A stretch of DNA of 64,000 bases from Paramecium tetraurelia. Its lineage: Eukaryota. The stretch's first letter is position 1. The number at the start of each line of letters is the position of its first letter. Positions 1-13,505 of this stretch are shown here, piece by piece. The position numbers and the translations under genes are program-made. The stretch is taken from contig CT868649.1 in the NCBI GenBank assembly GCA_000165425.1, positions 558,001-622,000 of the forward strand, in the 5' to 3' direction. Under the pieces are notes generated by a model, which saw only the letters and a list, made by a program, of their open reading frames with translations, did no database searches and was not told the DNA's origin.

Positions 1-1681
1 AATTTCCAAACATTATTCAATAAACCTGACAAATTACTTTTAATTACTATAGGTCTATATATGATCAATATTCTTTGATTATAAAATATCTCTGGACATA
101 GTCTATCACATAAAGTTTAATTTTAAGTTGGCTGTGATATTTTGTAATAATTGGGCAAATTTTAAGACATAATATTCAATTGTTAAGTACCTATTTTATA
201 TCCAATTTTAATATTCACACCACTTCCATCAAATTATATGCTTTTCAAAAATCTCTCTTAATTTGGTATGAATTTAAATGCTTCATTCAAAGTTCTTTAT
301 AATACTTAACCAAAATCTTATTTAAAAATGCTGATATTATTAAAGTCCAACATATCCATAAATGTATCATTCATTTTTCGTTTGTCATTGTGTATTTCAT
401 CTACTTATTATGTCAATAGGAATGAAACAACACTCAGTTTATAAAATTATGGAAAAAATAACAAAGTATCTCTAATAGCCTTATTCTTAGTTGAAGAGGA
501 GTAATAATATATCATATCTTAGGATCTCTGTGATAATTTTGATTGAAATTCCTAAAATTACTATTACTATTGTTGCGTATAAAATAGATCTTAAGTAGAA
601 TTAGTTTTTATTCTATCAGAAGGTTGAAAGGATGAATCAGAGTATTTAATTTCTTCAAGTAGATACTTCTAATAATCAGTATGTAAATACTATAACTAAG
701 ATTTAGCTGCATATAAAAACTTCTTATAATCAACCTATAGCTGTAACTAATTACCAGATATTAAAAAAATAAATGCTATTTTATTTCTTTAATAAGCCAA
801 ACCCAATTTTTAATTTACTTTATCTAATCTTTTGAGATAAAATTCTAAAATTTTAATGTCGTCTGGGTTCTATAAGCAATCTTATAATGCAAATTTATCT
901 GCAACCCCAAATTTAGCAATCATTTCTAAGAATGTTCCAAAAAATTGAAAATATTATTGGAACTCTTATGCTTTTATATTCGACTTTTTGCTGTATAGTG
1001 ATTTTTCTAGCCATATTTTTTATAAGGAGGCAATATCCATTTCATAAAATGAAAGCGCATTAAATCCTGCTTCATTCAAAGATGTAATATAACCCTCGAT
1101 ATCAATTTTGAAGTCCTTTGCAGTGTTTGCATCTACAAAAAAGATAGAAACACAGGCTTTGAATTATAAATGCGATTCATTAATATATCTACGGTTCACT
1201 TATGAGCAAATACTATTTGAAAAATTATAATCAGATTATAAAATGACATGACTATTCATGGGACATCCACAATTCAAACAAGAGAAAAGTTCAATCCCCC
1301 TAAAAGTTTCAATATTAAAGCATGCTCTATAAAAGGGACACTTAGTGTCTTTTTAAGAACATATTCTGCAAGGCCCTCTTTCAACTTGAAAGAGATTCAA
1401 ATAATTTTTTTTTTTGTATCGATCTCTATTCTATTCATTATCTATCCCATAATTCTCAGACATATCGGTATGATGTAAATCTCTATTTTAGGCTAACTTC
1501 ATGAGTTTGCTTCCTAGTTGTCCTCCTCCTTCTTTTGCAGCTTTCACTAAAATAAAATGATAGAATTACACTCTTCATCAGAAGGAAATTGTAATTCGAG
1601 TAAATGATCCTTAAAACATTTGAGAAAAGTTTCATGTTATTATCTCCTTTTAAGTAAATCAACTTAAATATCTGAAGACAT
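1..1681 (-). CDS. Hypothetical protein with N-terminal Cys/His cluster; 3' end runs off the window
   Basis: ATG at 1681 (MSSDIQVDLLKRRQQHETF..), tiny intron near 1548-1572, long open frame under code 6; contains RGPCRIC..C..CLNCGCPMNSH. Confidence 0.75.
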
Positions 1682-1697
1682 TTAATTTAAATTAATT

Positions 1698-3090
1698 ATG
1701 GACTTAATTGATACTAAAGTAATTGAGTTGAGTTCTAAAACAGGCATTCCAGATGATTAATTAAAAATTTTCATTTCCTTGATCCTTTGCACATTATTTG
1801 GATTCATTTTTAAATTATCCATCAGAGGTAATAAATTGAATAGATGATATAGGAAGGTAAGCTAGATTGATTGCAGGTTCAGTATTTGGTGTCTTAATCA
1901 CCTACTATATTTATAGAAGTTAAATCATCAATGTGTTATTTTAGACAGTTGTGGTTTACATATTGGTTAAGGTTTTGGGAAAGAAAAGTCCTTGGCCTGT
2001 ATTTGTGGAATCTATGATTTTTGTGGCTGCTCATCATATCTACAGATAATATACTGACTATGGAGGTTGGAAGATGGATGTCACTACGATTTTGATGATG
2101 GATACTCCAAAATGGACTGCGTTTGCCTTCTGTGTAAGTGATGGATTGAAAACATAATTGAGTAAAGAACAGGAAATTAGAAAAATCGTTAAATTGCCTT
2201 CTTTCTTTGAGTATTTCTCCTTTATTTTCTTCTTTGCTGGCAGTGTGTTGGGACCATGCTTTGATTATTATGACTTCGATTAATTCATCAATGAAGATAA
2301 AGAATATAAAAGTATTCCATCAACTATCAAGGAAACATTAAGATTATTAAAGAATGCAGTAATATGCATGGGTATCTTTTTGTTTACTGAAAAATACTTC
2401 CCTTTGCATTTTGTTACCACTGAAGAATTTGGAACATACAATGTTCTATATCAAACTCTTTGGTTTAACATTATGGTTGCAATACAAAGGACCAAATATT
2501 ATGGTGGATGGCAATTGGGAGAAATGAGTATGGCTTCCTGTGGTATTACCTATTAAGGAGATGGAAAATTTGAGAAAATCAAGGCTGTTGATGTAGATTG
2601 GGATTTGACATATAATATGAAGGATAAAGTAGAGAAATGGAACATCTCCATTCAAACTTGGCTAAGAAGATATGTTTATACTCGTATTTACTCAGAAGAA
2701 GAAATGAAGAAGAGTCCATCTAAATAAAACATAGCTTATCAAATGACATATGTTGTGTCATCATTGTGGCATGGATTCTATATTGGCTATTACTTTTCAT
2801 TCTTCCAATGGGCTATTATGAACACTGTCAATAAGGCAATATTCAGAGTGTCTTGCAATACCAATTATTTGAAAATATTTGAAACGAACCCATTAGCCAA
2901 GATTGTCAGATGGTATATAGCCAATACTGTCTTCAATGTATTTGGAATTACGTTTTTATTATTGAGTGTGGATCCAATTCTGAAATTCTATAGCAATATT
3001 AGGTATGTTCCTCACATTTTGTTATATGGCACATATGCTTTCTTCTTAATCACTAATTTCGGTTAGAAAAGCAAGAAATAAAAAGAATGA
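1698..3090 (+). CDS. MBOAT-family lysophospholipid acyltransferase (LPCAT3/Ale1-like)
   Basis: MDLIDTKV..; motifs GPCFDY, WNISIQTWLRRYVYTR, SSLWHGFYIGYY (catalytic His); one tiny intron; TGA at 3088. Confidence 0.93.
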
Positions 3091-3230
3091 AAGTATGTAT
3101 TTTATAAAAATATGTAAATGTTGAATTACTCTTAGCTTATCTTTATCAAATTATCTATGATAAATTATTTAATTTAGTCTTTTGAGTTAAAAATATTTAA
3201 TATCTACTAATATAAATATTATTGAAAGCA

Positions 3231-3476
3231 TCATTTTTATCTTCGTTTGGGATTATTATTCGGTGAAACTGAGTTAGTTATTTCAGATGACTATTCTTTT
3301 GTTCTTTGAACTTCACTGTTCCAAAGAATTTGATCTGGTATCCTTGAAGCAGGATGCTATTACTTAAGAGCATGCGGCATCAAAATGATATCATGAGAGG
3401 ACGGAACTGTAGGTGGTGGAGATGAAATTATTATGTCATTCTTTGTGTATCGGTGTTTCTAAATATGGCACCCCAT
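3231..3476 (-). CDS. Small hypothetical protein (81 aa) with N-terminal MGC lipidation motif
   Basis: Uninterrupted ATG..TGA frame MGCHIQKHRYTKNDIIISSPPPTVP..KRRQK; GC above flanks. Confidence 0.65.
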
Positions 3477-4587
3477 TATTAATATATTAAAATAATGAAT
3501 TGTAAATCTGCATCATATATATTTATTTATGACACTCTCTAGAATTTAAATCTGTCTCACAATATCAATGAACAATCTATACAGGCGTATTGCATAAAAT
3601 TGTAAATAACGTACTTTTAATTGATATACAGCAATTCATTTTATTAGATATTCAAAATAGACAACTTCACAATTCCATGTTTTATTTTACCAAAGTGATA
3701 TGGTTGTGTTTATATTATGTTTTTAATCAATTAAATCATCTATTCAAATATATGTGATAATTTCATTTTCTGTCAGAATAATTTTAATAAAATATGACAA
3801 AATATAATAATTATTACTACTTAGTTAATTTTAATGTTATCTGCATATAGTATCTATGAATGATTTCAATAATATATAAAATAAATCGATAATATGAGGA
3901 TGAACTCATGAAGAGAAGATAATATGAATAAATGATGGCTCCTAGTGGAAATCCAATTGGTGAAATATTTATTATACATCTGATTCAATTAGAACAAATG
4001 TCAAATTATTTCAAATTTGATATCATAATTCAAGGTAATCATTCCGTTGTAAATTATTCAGATTAAAATTTATAATCATAATTATGGCATTCAATTGATA
4101 GATAAGTTTCTTGCATAAAAAATATACCAAAGAATAGCTTTTTTAAGTATATGCTTTAGATACGTTTTTTTTTAAATATATTCCTATTTAGATATAATTT
4201 GTAGAATTGTGAAAAAAATCAATTTGTTATAATAATTTGTAAAGTTCAAGTCTATAGAAGATAATATAAATCATGAGATAATAATTATCATAATACTTAA
4301 GATGAAGTAAATATTATATATCTACTAACATTGTGATTAAATATCTAAAGTAATTAGTGATGAAAATATTAAAAAATAATATATATAATTAAAATTATAT
4401 CAGTTATTTAAAATATTAATCATTGATGATCATAAACCATCTAGTAATAATCTCATCATTTTAATTTTCGAACTTTAATAATTTAATATTGAACTTTACC
4501 TGCTTTACTAATTATGAAGAAGATAATTGACTTATAATAAAAATATTAATACTTATAAATAATTTAAGCAATAAAATAAATATAAAA

Positions 4588-5729
4588 TCACTTTTTTTTC
4601 TTAGGTAAAGCCTTCTTTTTTTTTGGTAAACTCTTTAAATAAACATCGTATCTTCTACTCTAAACCATTATTAAGAATTAATTACATTTAAATCCTCCTT
4701 TTCCATAATGGCCCTTTCTCTGATCCTTTAATACATTTCTTCAAGATCCCAAGATCTGATTAGATGATCATACGAACCAGAATAAAGGAGTCCATTAGCA
4801 AGTGCCAAAGTTGTAACTCCATCAATGTGTCCTGAGAAATCCTCTTTCATTTCCCAGTTTTTCATTTCATAAACCCTGATTTTTTTATCATCAGTTCCTA
4901 CATACAAATAGGGATCATGGACAAGCATGCACAAAGCCCATCCATGTAAACCAACAATGACTTTAATAGGTTGTGGATTAGGCTGGTCTAATTATGAGAG
5001 TTCATAGATGTGTATGAAATTATCAATGGTGCCAAGAATCAAAAGATTCTTATGTACTAAATATGACATGATAGTAAAATTAGGGAATTGAACACTTCTA
5101 AGAATGGATTGTTTGTAAGGATCTATTTAGACAACAGTGTTTTTGCCATATAATAAATTAATTTCCTTATCGAAGTTCACATTCATCATATTGATTGGAT
5201 ATCCTATATTGAATATAACTTCGCATTCATTGCTAGTGGTATCCCAGAGTCTCACAGTGCCATCCAAAGAACTAGATGCCAGTTATCTGATATTTAGGAA
5301 ATGAATAGATGTGATTTAAGCCTTATGTCCTTGATAAGCATAGACTGGCTCTCCAGTTTTGATGTTATTGGATTTGATGAAACCATCGTCATATCCGACA
5401 TAGATGTTGAATTCAGAGAATGTTGCAGCACATATGATATTTCCCTTCATGCTTTATTGATTTTCATCTTAATCCTATACTGTAGTGTCATCCGAGATTT
5501 TGGATATCAGAAATTTGGATGCAATTTGTCTATTCAATAGATCCCAACCTTAAGTAGTTATATAAATACTTTTAACGTTTCCATCCCTGGAAGCAGAGTA
5601 AAGGTAATTGCCATTATTTCCATAAGGACTAACCAATGTAATGATGGCATCTTTGTGTCCTTTGAGTCTGTCTTTAAATGCCTTGCTCTTAATCTGTTTA
5701 AGAGGTTTTGCAAATTATTATTAATACAT
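4588..5729 (-). CDS. WD40-repeat protein
   Basis: Repeated GH..WD units (GHKDAI..SASRDGNVK..WD; GHIDGVTTL..SGSYDHLIRSWD); tiny introns; Lys-rich C-terminus. Confidence 0.9.
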
Positions 5730-5764
5730 ATAAATATGAATATTAATATTAATATATATATGAA

Positions 5765-7198
5765 TCAATGTGACACTGATTTAATAATGTTGACTTGTTA
5801 TTGATCTTCATTTGAAAATGAAATGGCTTCATAATTACCTACAATTAATAATTAAAAATACATTTTTCCTTATCAATACCAGCTACTTCAGCATCTGAAT
5901 CAATTCTCAAAACAGCAAATCCTTTGAGAACTATCAAGATGAAGAAAACAAAGAAGGCAACCCAGACTGTGATAATCAATAATCCTAGCAATTAGCATCC
6001 CAATAATTTCATTCCTTTTCCATAGAATAATCCTCCATTGACATCCAATAATCCTGTAAATAAGACTCCAATGAATCCGCCATGCTAAAATATGAATTAA
6101 TTGAATACCAAGAAAATAGGGACAACTTAGACTGGATCATCTAATTTGACTTTAGGTAAAGCTGTAGCTGTTAAGGTGTAAACAATGCCAGCAATAGAAG
6201 CAACAATAGTAGTAGCCCAAATCTAAGATTCATGAGCAGCTGCTGAACTGGCCACCAATCCAGCCAATATTCCTCTAGAGATTGAAAATAGACTTGTTGT
6301 TTCTTTTGTAAAGTATCTTGTAAGAAAACTCCAAAATCCTCCTGCAGCTCCAGCAACCAAAGTATTAACTGCCACCAATCCTTGAACATATGGAGTTGCT
6401 TAGCCAGATTAAATTTAACCGCCATTTATGAACATCCATGTAGCAAAGAGTATGACTGTTCCAAATGCCACATATATTGAAGTGAATGGTTAGAAGTTCA
6501 AAGAAGAATTTGGATCAAATCTATATTTTCTTGGTTTGGATACAACTGTCACTACTAAGGCAGCAACACCAGCCGAATAGAAGATGAAACCTGATCCTGC
6601 CATGTCTTTGTATCCTAATTTAGTTAACCAACCGTTGGAATTTGTCCAATGAACTATTGCAGGTGATACGAATCCTGAATAAAAGAGAGCCAAAACACCC
6701 CAGGCTAAGAATGTTAATCTTTCAGCTGCTCCACCTGATACAATTGATACTCCAATGCAGGATAATGTAGCTTTGAACACTAAAATAATAATTAAAATTA
6801 ACTACCGAAATTTGAATAATCATTTTATGCTTCTGTTGCTGCCCAATTGTATGCTCCAAGCTTTGTGCCTCCCAAGAAGAATGTTCCAAAATCATCACCA
6901 TAAGAAAATCCATAGCCGAACTATTTTGAATTATTAATAAATATCTTACCAACCAATATATCAATACTGTCAAACACATTCCGAGAAATACCTTTATAAC
7001 TATTGACTAAGCATTCTTATATCTAACAGATCCAGCCTCCAAAAATCCAAAACCCAATTAAGAAAATGCTAGTACAATGCCAGCAATCAGCAACCAATCT
7101 TCATCTAAATGGCTTCCCCCAGTTGCTCCTGCTGATGGATTTGGGGCTGAAGGAGGAGGATTTGCTGTGTTAGGACTGTCAAGATAATGTTGTTACAT
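5765..7198 (-). CDS. Ammonium transporter (Amt/Mep family), divergent
   Basis: GFGFLEAGSVRYKN, SIVSGGAAER, DMAGSG, NTLVAGAAGG, DDPV motifs; about 11 hydrophobic segments; tiny introns. Confidence 0.9.
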
Positions 7199-7228
7199 AG
7201 TTTGAAATATAAATTAATAATTTAACAA

Positions 7229-8228
7229 TCATTTTTCTTTAATCTTAAATAAGGGAACTTTGGCCTTTGATAATTTATTTGATTTTGATTTAGGTTCAAT
7301 CAATCCTCTTCTAACAAAACCATCAAATTCACTCTTCACCAATAAATCTCCTTGAGTAACATGTCTCAAGTGACTCTTCAATTAGTCATCTAATACAAAT
7401 TCATCTTAAGTTACTTCCACTCTACAATTAGATCTTAATACTTACTTTTTATTTCCTACTTTTATTGGCACCAAGTTTCTCCCTGACAGTTTTCTTGCTC
7501 TTTCTAATAGTCTTTTCTCTTTTCTCTTCTATTTCCTTTTTTGTTATCTCAACTTAGCCTCAGCATTAAGTTCTTTCTTAATTTTTTTGACTAATAAGAG
7601 TTCATGATTTTTTTGTTTTTCAATTAACCTATCAACCACTTCTTTTCCATGAATTTTTTAAATCTTGCTCATCTTTTTCTATTTCTTTTTCTCTCGCTCT
7701 CTAATATAGTTGCTTGATTAAATACCTTTGTGTCAACTTTTAGGCTTTCTCTGCTTCTGTCTCTTCATTTTATAATCTCTGATGAGATCTAATTTCTTTT
7801 TTTACTACATCATCCAACAATTCATTATAATCTTTTAATTAAGGATTATATGATTATCCTGGATGAGGGGTTACAACAGCCTTCACTTCGGTTCCTAACA
7901 CTTTCTTTTAATTTCCTTCCTCTGACCATAGATCTTAAATTTCATTCTGCTATTGTATTTATTATAGCTTTTTCTATTATTCTGCCATATTTTAGATGGT
8001 TATTTTTTCCTATTAGGACTAATTCTTGGGATCTATTGGTTTTTTCTTAAATCTCTCCTTATTTTCATAAATATTGACTGGCTAAGCATCAACTTAAAAA
8101 TCCACAGGCTTAGCATCATTTTATGTAAAATCTATATTTTCGAATTCACCCATCTCTACTATGATGTTCTTTCTCCATCGCTGTGTTCCTTGCCGAGCTC
8201 TCAAGTTTTTCTTCTTAATATTTAGCAT
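7229..8228 (-). CDS. NOP53: Ribosome biogenesis protein Nop53/GLTSCR2
   Basis: WRKNI at N-terminus, DLW, PHPGQSYNP, C-terminal RRGLIEP; 25-nt and 24-nt introns give 317 codons. Confidence 0.85.
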
Positions 8229-8467
8229 GTATTAATAATTTTATTATTCTCATAGGATTTAATACACGAAATTATAATTAAGATGCTGAAATAATCCATT
8301 TAAAATTAATTTCGCTTCATTTGGCAAATGGTTGGAGGTGGTATGTATTTAAAAAAAATTAATTCCTATATATATATACAATAAAATACTTTAATATATT
8401 AATGAACGAATAAATAAGAATTACAAGAAATTGTTAAACTAGTATTATAAATATTAATACTAATAAT

Positions 8468-9958
8468 TCAATAGAATCTGTGATATTAATATTATTGTTG
8501 TTGCATGATATAATATTGTTATTATTGCTGTAACTGTTACTACATATTATTGTACCATTATTATTATTAAATTTAGAATTGTTACTATTATTATTACTAT
8601 TATAATTAATATTAATTATAATAATATGATAACTAATTATTATAATTAAAAATTTAATTATTATTATATTCTTCTTGTTATTATTTGTGTTATTGACACT
8701 ATTTAATTAATAAATGTGTATCTATTTAATTCTCATAGTCCTTTTCATTTAATGTTACTTACTTAACAATAGCTTATTCTTCTTAATTTTCAGATTGTTA
8801 ATTTATTCCGCCTTTTTGATTTATCAAATTAGGATACAGCTATTTGTAATAGTACTTCAGTCTTGAAGTCTCTTCTACTAGAGTATAATCCACTGGTATT
8901 TGATCTTGTTTCGTGTATAACATAAATATGTCGTTTTCAAATATTTGAGTTATTTCATATACCTGTGAAATGATTAAAAAACTCTTACTTTTTTAAATTC
9001 CAGTTCGTTGGTTTAATCAATTTAAAATAGTAAAGCCATTCCTTTGTCTGAATATTGTCTTTCTTGATTTGATTTCATCAAAATGCTCTATACTTTTAGA
9101 ATTATGTCTTTTGAATTTTTTGCAAGATTTTATTTCTTTAAGTATAATTTTACACATTTGTCAAATTTAATAGCCAAGAATAACGGATGTTTGATTTTAT
9201 GTCTAATATTCGGAGCTGTGAAGTAATTAATTAAGCCTTGGATCGTATTATCGACTTTCAATAAATTTTTGGGCTGATTCTTTCTTTCTTTCTTGACAAA
9301 ATCTTTGTCTAGGTTTTCTGGTAAAAATGGATCAATAATTAGTTGAATATTATTATTGAGAGCCTGTTATCTGGCGTGCTTACGAGAATCTACAAATATA
9401 TAGGGGGAACATTTTGCATCGATCACAAATTACTGGCTGCTATTGATTTAAGTAATGACCACGAGGATTTAGAACTTTTGATACTTAAAATTATGTATAA
9501 CACAATACTTCATTCTTATACGAAGTTGTATTGAACTTTAATTATCTTAATATTGAAATCCCATTTCTAAAGACCCCCTCTGTACAACCTTTGGCAGCCA
9601 ATGCTCTCCATTTCCATTTTATCGTAGTTATGTTTAACAATATAGATATTTGCTACTATGGTTAGTGTATTCAGTATGTGATGTTCCAAATCATTGTCGA
9701 TCTACATGATATAAAAGATGTTGTTACTTTTAATTAACACTCTAGCTCAGGGATGTTCCAAGATTTGTGCCAATTCCAACCAATGTTTGCACTAAAAGGA
9801 AAGGGTTTCCATAACTTTAAATCAAGCGAATAGCCCTGATTCGAGTTCTAATACTTAATGACATTAGAAGCTTCTATTCTGAGAGTTTGCCCATTATGAA
9901 CAATATTATTGTTAAATGGCTGCCATTCCCATTTCACAACTTCATTAGTTGATAACAT
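8468..9958 (-). CDS. Ciliate protein with SPYIFVDSRK / NYFTAPNIRHKIKHPLFL motifs and Q/N-rich tail (putative transcription factor)
   Basis: MLSTNEVVKWEWQPF..; 26-nt intron near 9702-9727; globular N-terminal half then long poly-Q/N/Y region; ends ..YHRFY-TGA. Confidence 0.75.
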
Positions 9959-10449
9959 AGACTAATTTTAATTATGCAAAGATTCAATTTATGTTAACAT
10001 TTATATATATGAATATAAAGTAATGCAAAATAAAGATTAATTAACACTTCAAAAACCTGAGTGAAAAAATTTTAACTAAGCCATAAAATCTAATTAAACT
10101 TTATTTCATTCAACTTAATTATTAATAAAACATAATTAAGATAAGTTTATTTTAATTATTAAACCATCCCTATGTTTACATAATAATTATTTAAATTTTT
10201 TCTCCCTGTTATTGAATCAGATAAGTTATTTCGATTAATGAGTATCCTCTCTTTGCTTAGTTAGTTGAATTATGTCTAGCTTATTTAGCATGAAATAAAG
10301 GAGTACATTATAATTTCGAGAATCCTTAATTGTCATAAATCACCTAATAAACTATTCTAATCAAACAAAATTTGAATAATATAACGAAGATTAAAAAAAT
10401 AATAACATAAAATTACTTTTTTTATTATTAATATTACTAAATATATACT

Positions 10450-11013
10450 TCATTATTGTGCTATCTCATGCTCTTTTTCAGCATCCTCTTCCGTATAAGG
10501 AATTGGAGGGTCCACATCTGGGTAGAGACGCTTTGTTAAAATATAACAATGAGGTGGATCAATGTCTGTATAATAATTTTTTTTGTATGTTGTTTTCTCA
10601 AACCCATGTCTGGAATAAAATTGAAATCCTATTTCATTGCTAACCCACATGTGCAAATATATAGTTCTTATCTCTTCATGAGATCTAACTCTATTTATTA
10701 ATTCATTCAAAAGTTATGTGCCAAATCCCAAACGACGGTATGCATCCAAAACACCAAATGTCATTATATAGGCAGTCTTTTTCCCATCCTTTTCCTCTAT
10801 CCTTGCTGTTATAGCTCCAACTGCAATATCATTATAGTAACCTACACAATACTAATTTTAAATACCAAGAGTAGAAAAGTCAGAATAGGTTAGAATTTTT
10901 ATATAAAAGTTTTCACTATATGTTACTGGCAAGGTCTTCTAGGTAATGACTTTGAACTATTCCAAATTTTTAAAGTTGATATCTCCAAAAGTCAATTTAG
11001 GCTTCTATTCCAT
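10450..11013 (-). CDS. NAA50: N-alpha-acetyltransferase 50 (NatE catalytic subunit)
   Basis: [49 protein letters not shown]. Confidence 0.92.
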
Positions 11014-11484
11014 TAATAAATATATAAAAATTAAAAAATAGCCGAAATGAATTTGACAAGAACTTCTTGTTTAAAATACTTTTCACTAAAAAATTGAAAA
11101 GTACAGAGTACATTGATCAAGTTAGATATTTAAGAAATATATTCAATATTCAAATGCAAATAATTAAAAAAAAGATCAATTTAGATAATATTTCCATTAT
11201 TCATCCTATATATGTTGATCTAAACCTGTATTATTTTTAAGTATTGATAAATAAGATTGATTAGATTCAAAACGGAATTCTTAGAGAATTTTCATTGTTT
11301 TTTTAGTAATTTTATTATTTTGAATACATAAAATGTTTAACTAAATACTCGATTATACAAGCACAAAAAGTAGAAAATATAATAATGTCGAAATCTTTGA
11401 GAAAAATTCATTAATATATATTTTTAACAACCACCAAAAACTTTGAATGAAATACTAATCATCATATAATAAAATTATTTTGAA

Positions 11485-13494
11485 TCATTATTATAATGCA
11501 ATTAACTCTATTTAAGGTACAAATGGGACTGTTGTTTTCTTATATGAAATTTAGTATTTTTAATTTTGCATCAATTTCATAGCATTTACTGATGTCACAA
11601 CACAAATCTAGAAAAATGATAATAAACTATAAAATACCATAACCAAATCCTTTGATTGATCTTACATTTATTAAGGCAGAATTTTATTTTCTTTGGCTTA
11701 GGCAAAAAGCTATTAAGCTTCACTTAGGGATGAACTGACAAATTTGAGTGTGTCTTAGAATGATCCATAAGAATTCATCTTTTGGGTGTATTCTTCAAAT
11801 TTAACGGCTTTGATGTAGTAACAAGTATCGAAGATCTTCATTCTATTGGAATATCTATGATTCATGTCTTGGACTTTCTTGATTAATCCATTTTCCATTA
11901 AGGTATAATACAATCTGGATAAGCCCTCTTATTATTATAACATCTTACTCTAAAAAGACAATTCAATCCTTTCCAATATTGAATTTCAGAGTGCATTTGA
12001 TCTATAAATGGAGATACTTTTGGTTTCTTTTTATTTTGGTTCTACAATTACTCTCTTTGTGAATTGGTCAATTGACTAACATAGTTGCTTCTATTTCTAT
12101 CAAGAATGGTTGTCAAATACTCTAAATAGAAGTAAATGCTAGCATAATCTACATCTGAATAGAGTTCTAGATCAAAACCATATTATAGTTATTGAATCAT
12201 GGATTATACAGCAATCTCATAACTGAAGATCATTAAAGGATTTTTGTTTTTAAAGATGTCTTGGTCAATTTAATTGCTATGATGGACAAGTATTGACAAA
12301 TGAGAATAATTTTTATGGAAATCTCTACTTTTTCTAAATTTAGATCTTAATTATTTAATGATGTATTCATAGGTGACAGGTACTAGACAATCTTGATATT
12401 CCTTAAATACATTTTGATATAATTAATCAAAATTCTGGGAAAACATTTTATTAAGTGTTCCGATAATAATATTAATCCAAGGAGTTTAATGAAAGAATAA
12501 GAATTAATCATATTTAAATAGATTTTATTCTAGATAAGCTCTAATTAAAATATTCTTAGGATAATCGTGAATTAGAGCACAAATTTTCTATTGAATAATA
12601 AAGTAATTGCGTTCTGCACTTAAATCAAGTACTGCTTCTAATTAATTAAGCATGATGCTAAAGTACTCATATGGATTTTCAATATATGGTATTTTCCTCA
12701 TACTGATCATAGATTTGAGATGCTTAAGAATTGTTGCACTCTAATAATTTGACATGTCCTTTCCCATAGCCTTAGTTGAAACAACAGCATCAAATCTTTT
12801 CCTGATAAATTCGATATGATCTGTTATTTATTTTTATGATTCAGCATTGAATGGCTATTAAAGACATTGCACAATTAAGCAAAAACCCTTAAGTACTTTA
12901 ATTCTTGAGGACAGGGCATCAGCTATAGTTAATTGCTTAGATTTCTTAACTTTGCCACTTAATTCGGTATCCAAAGGATTTAATGTGGTTGTCAATAACT
13001 CTTAAATAGTGGGTATTCTTTTGTTTCTGAAACTGAAAACTGATGGATTATAATCCTCTTCTCTGAGGAATGGAGCATCTTTGATTGTTTTGAAGATTTG
13101 ACTTCCTACTGTATTCAAAGTATCAAACAAAGCTCTAACAAATGGATTGTCCCATAAAGAATCATCATACTAATATACTAATGTGTAAATGGTCTAAGCT
13201 AATGCATTTCCATTTAGCCAACATGTAATTTTCTGAATTACTAAATCAAAGAGTCCTATAAGCTAAATAATTAGTTTGAACAAGCTTTACTTCTTCATTA
13301 GTAAGTTGTGATCCTGATTTTATCTAATTAGATTGCAATAATTTTTAAGGAGTATCTGCATCAGCCAAACCCAGTTTTACATCTATTTTTTTGTCAAATA
13401 ATTCGGTAGCTGACATAGCCTCAAATAATGAAAATCCTTCTGCTAAGAGAATTTCTCCATTTTTTAGACTCTTAAGTTCTGCTGTAATATCCAT
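11485..13494 (-). CDS. NAA35: NatC auxiliary subunit Mak10/NAA35
   Basis: N-terminal GEILLAEGFSLFEAMSATELFDKKID and TWLNGNALAQTIYTLVY match Mak10 motifs. Confidence 0.88.
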
Positions 13495-13505
13495 TAATTA
13501 AATTA

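Noticed and set aside
8300..8350. GC-richer patch with CATTTG-G-CAAATG inverted repeat upstream of NOP53
   Set aside because: Too short, no snoRNA boxes or snRNA promoter; possibly a promoter element but unsupported
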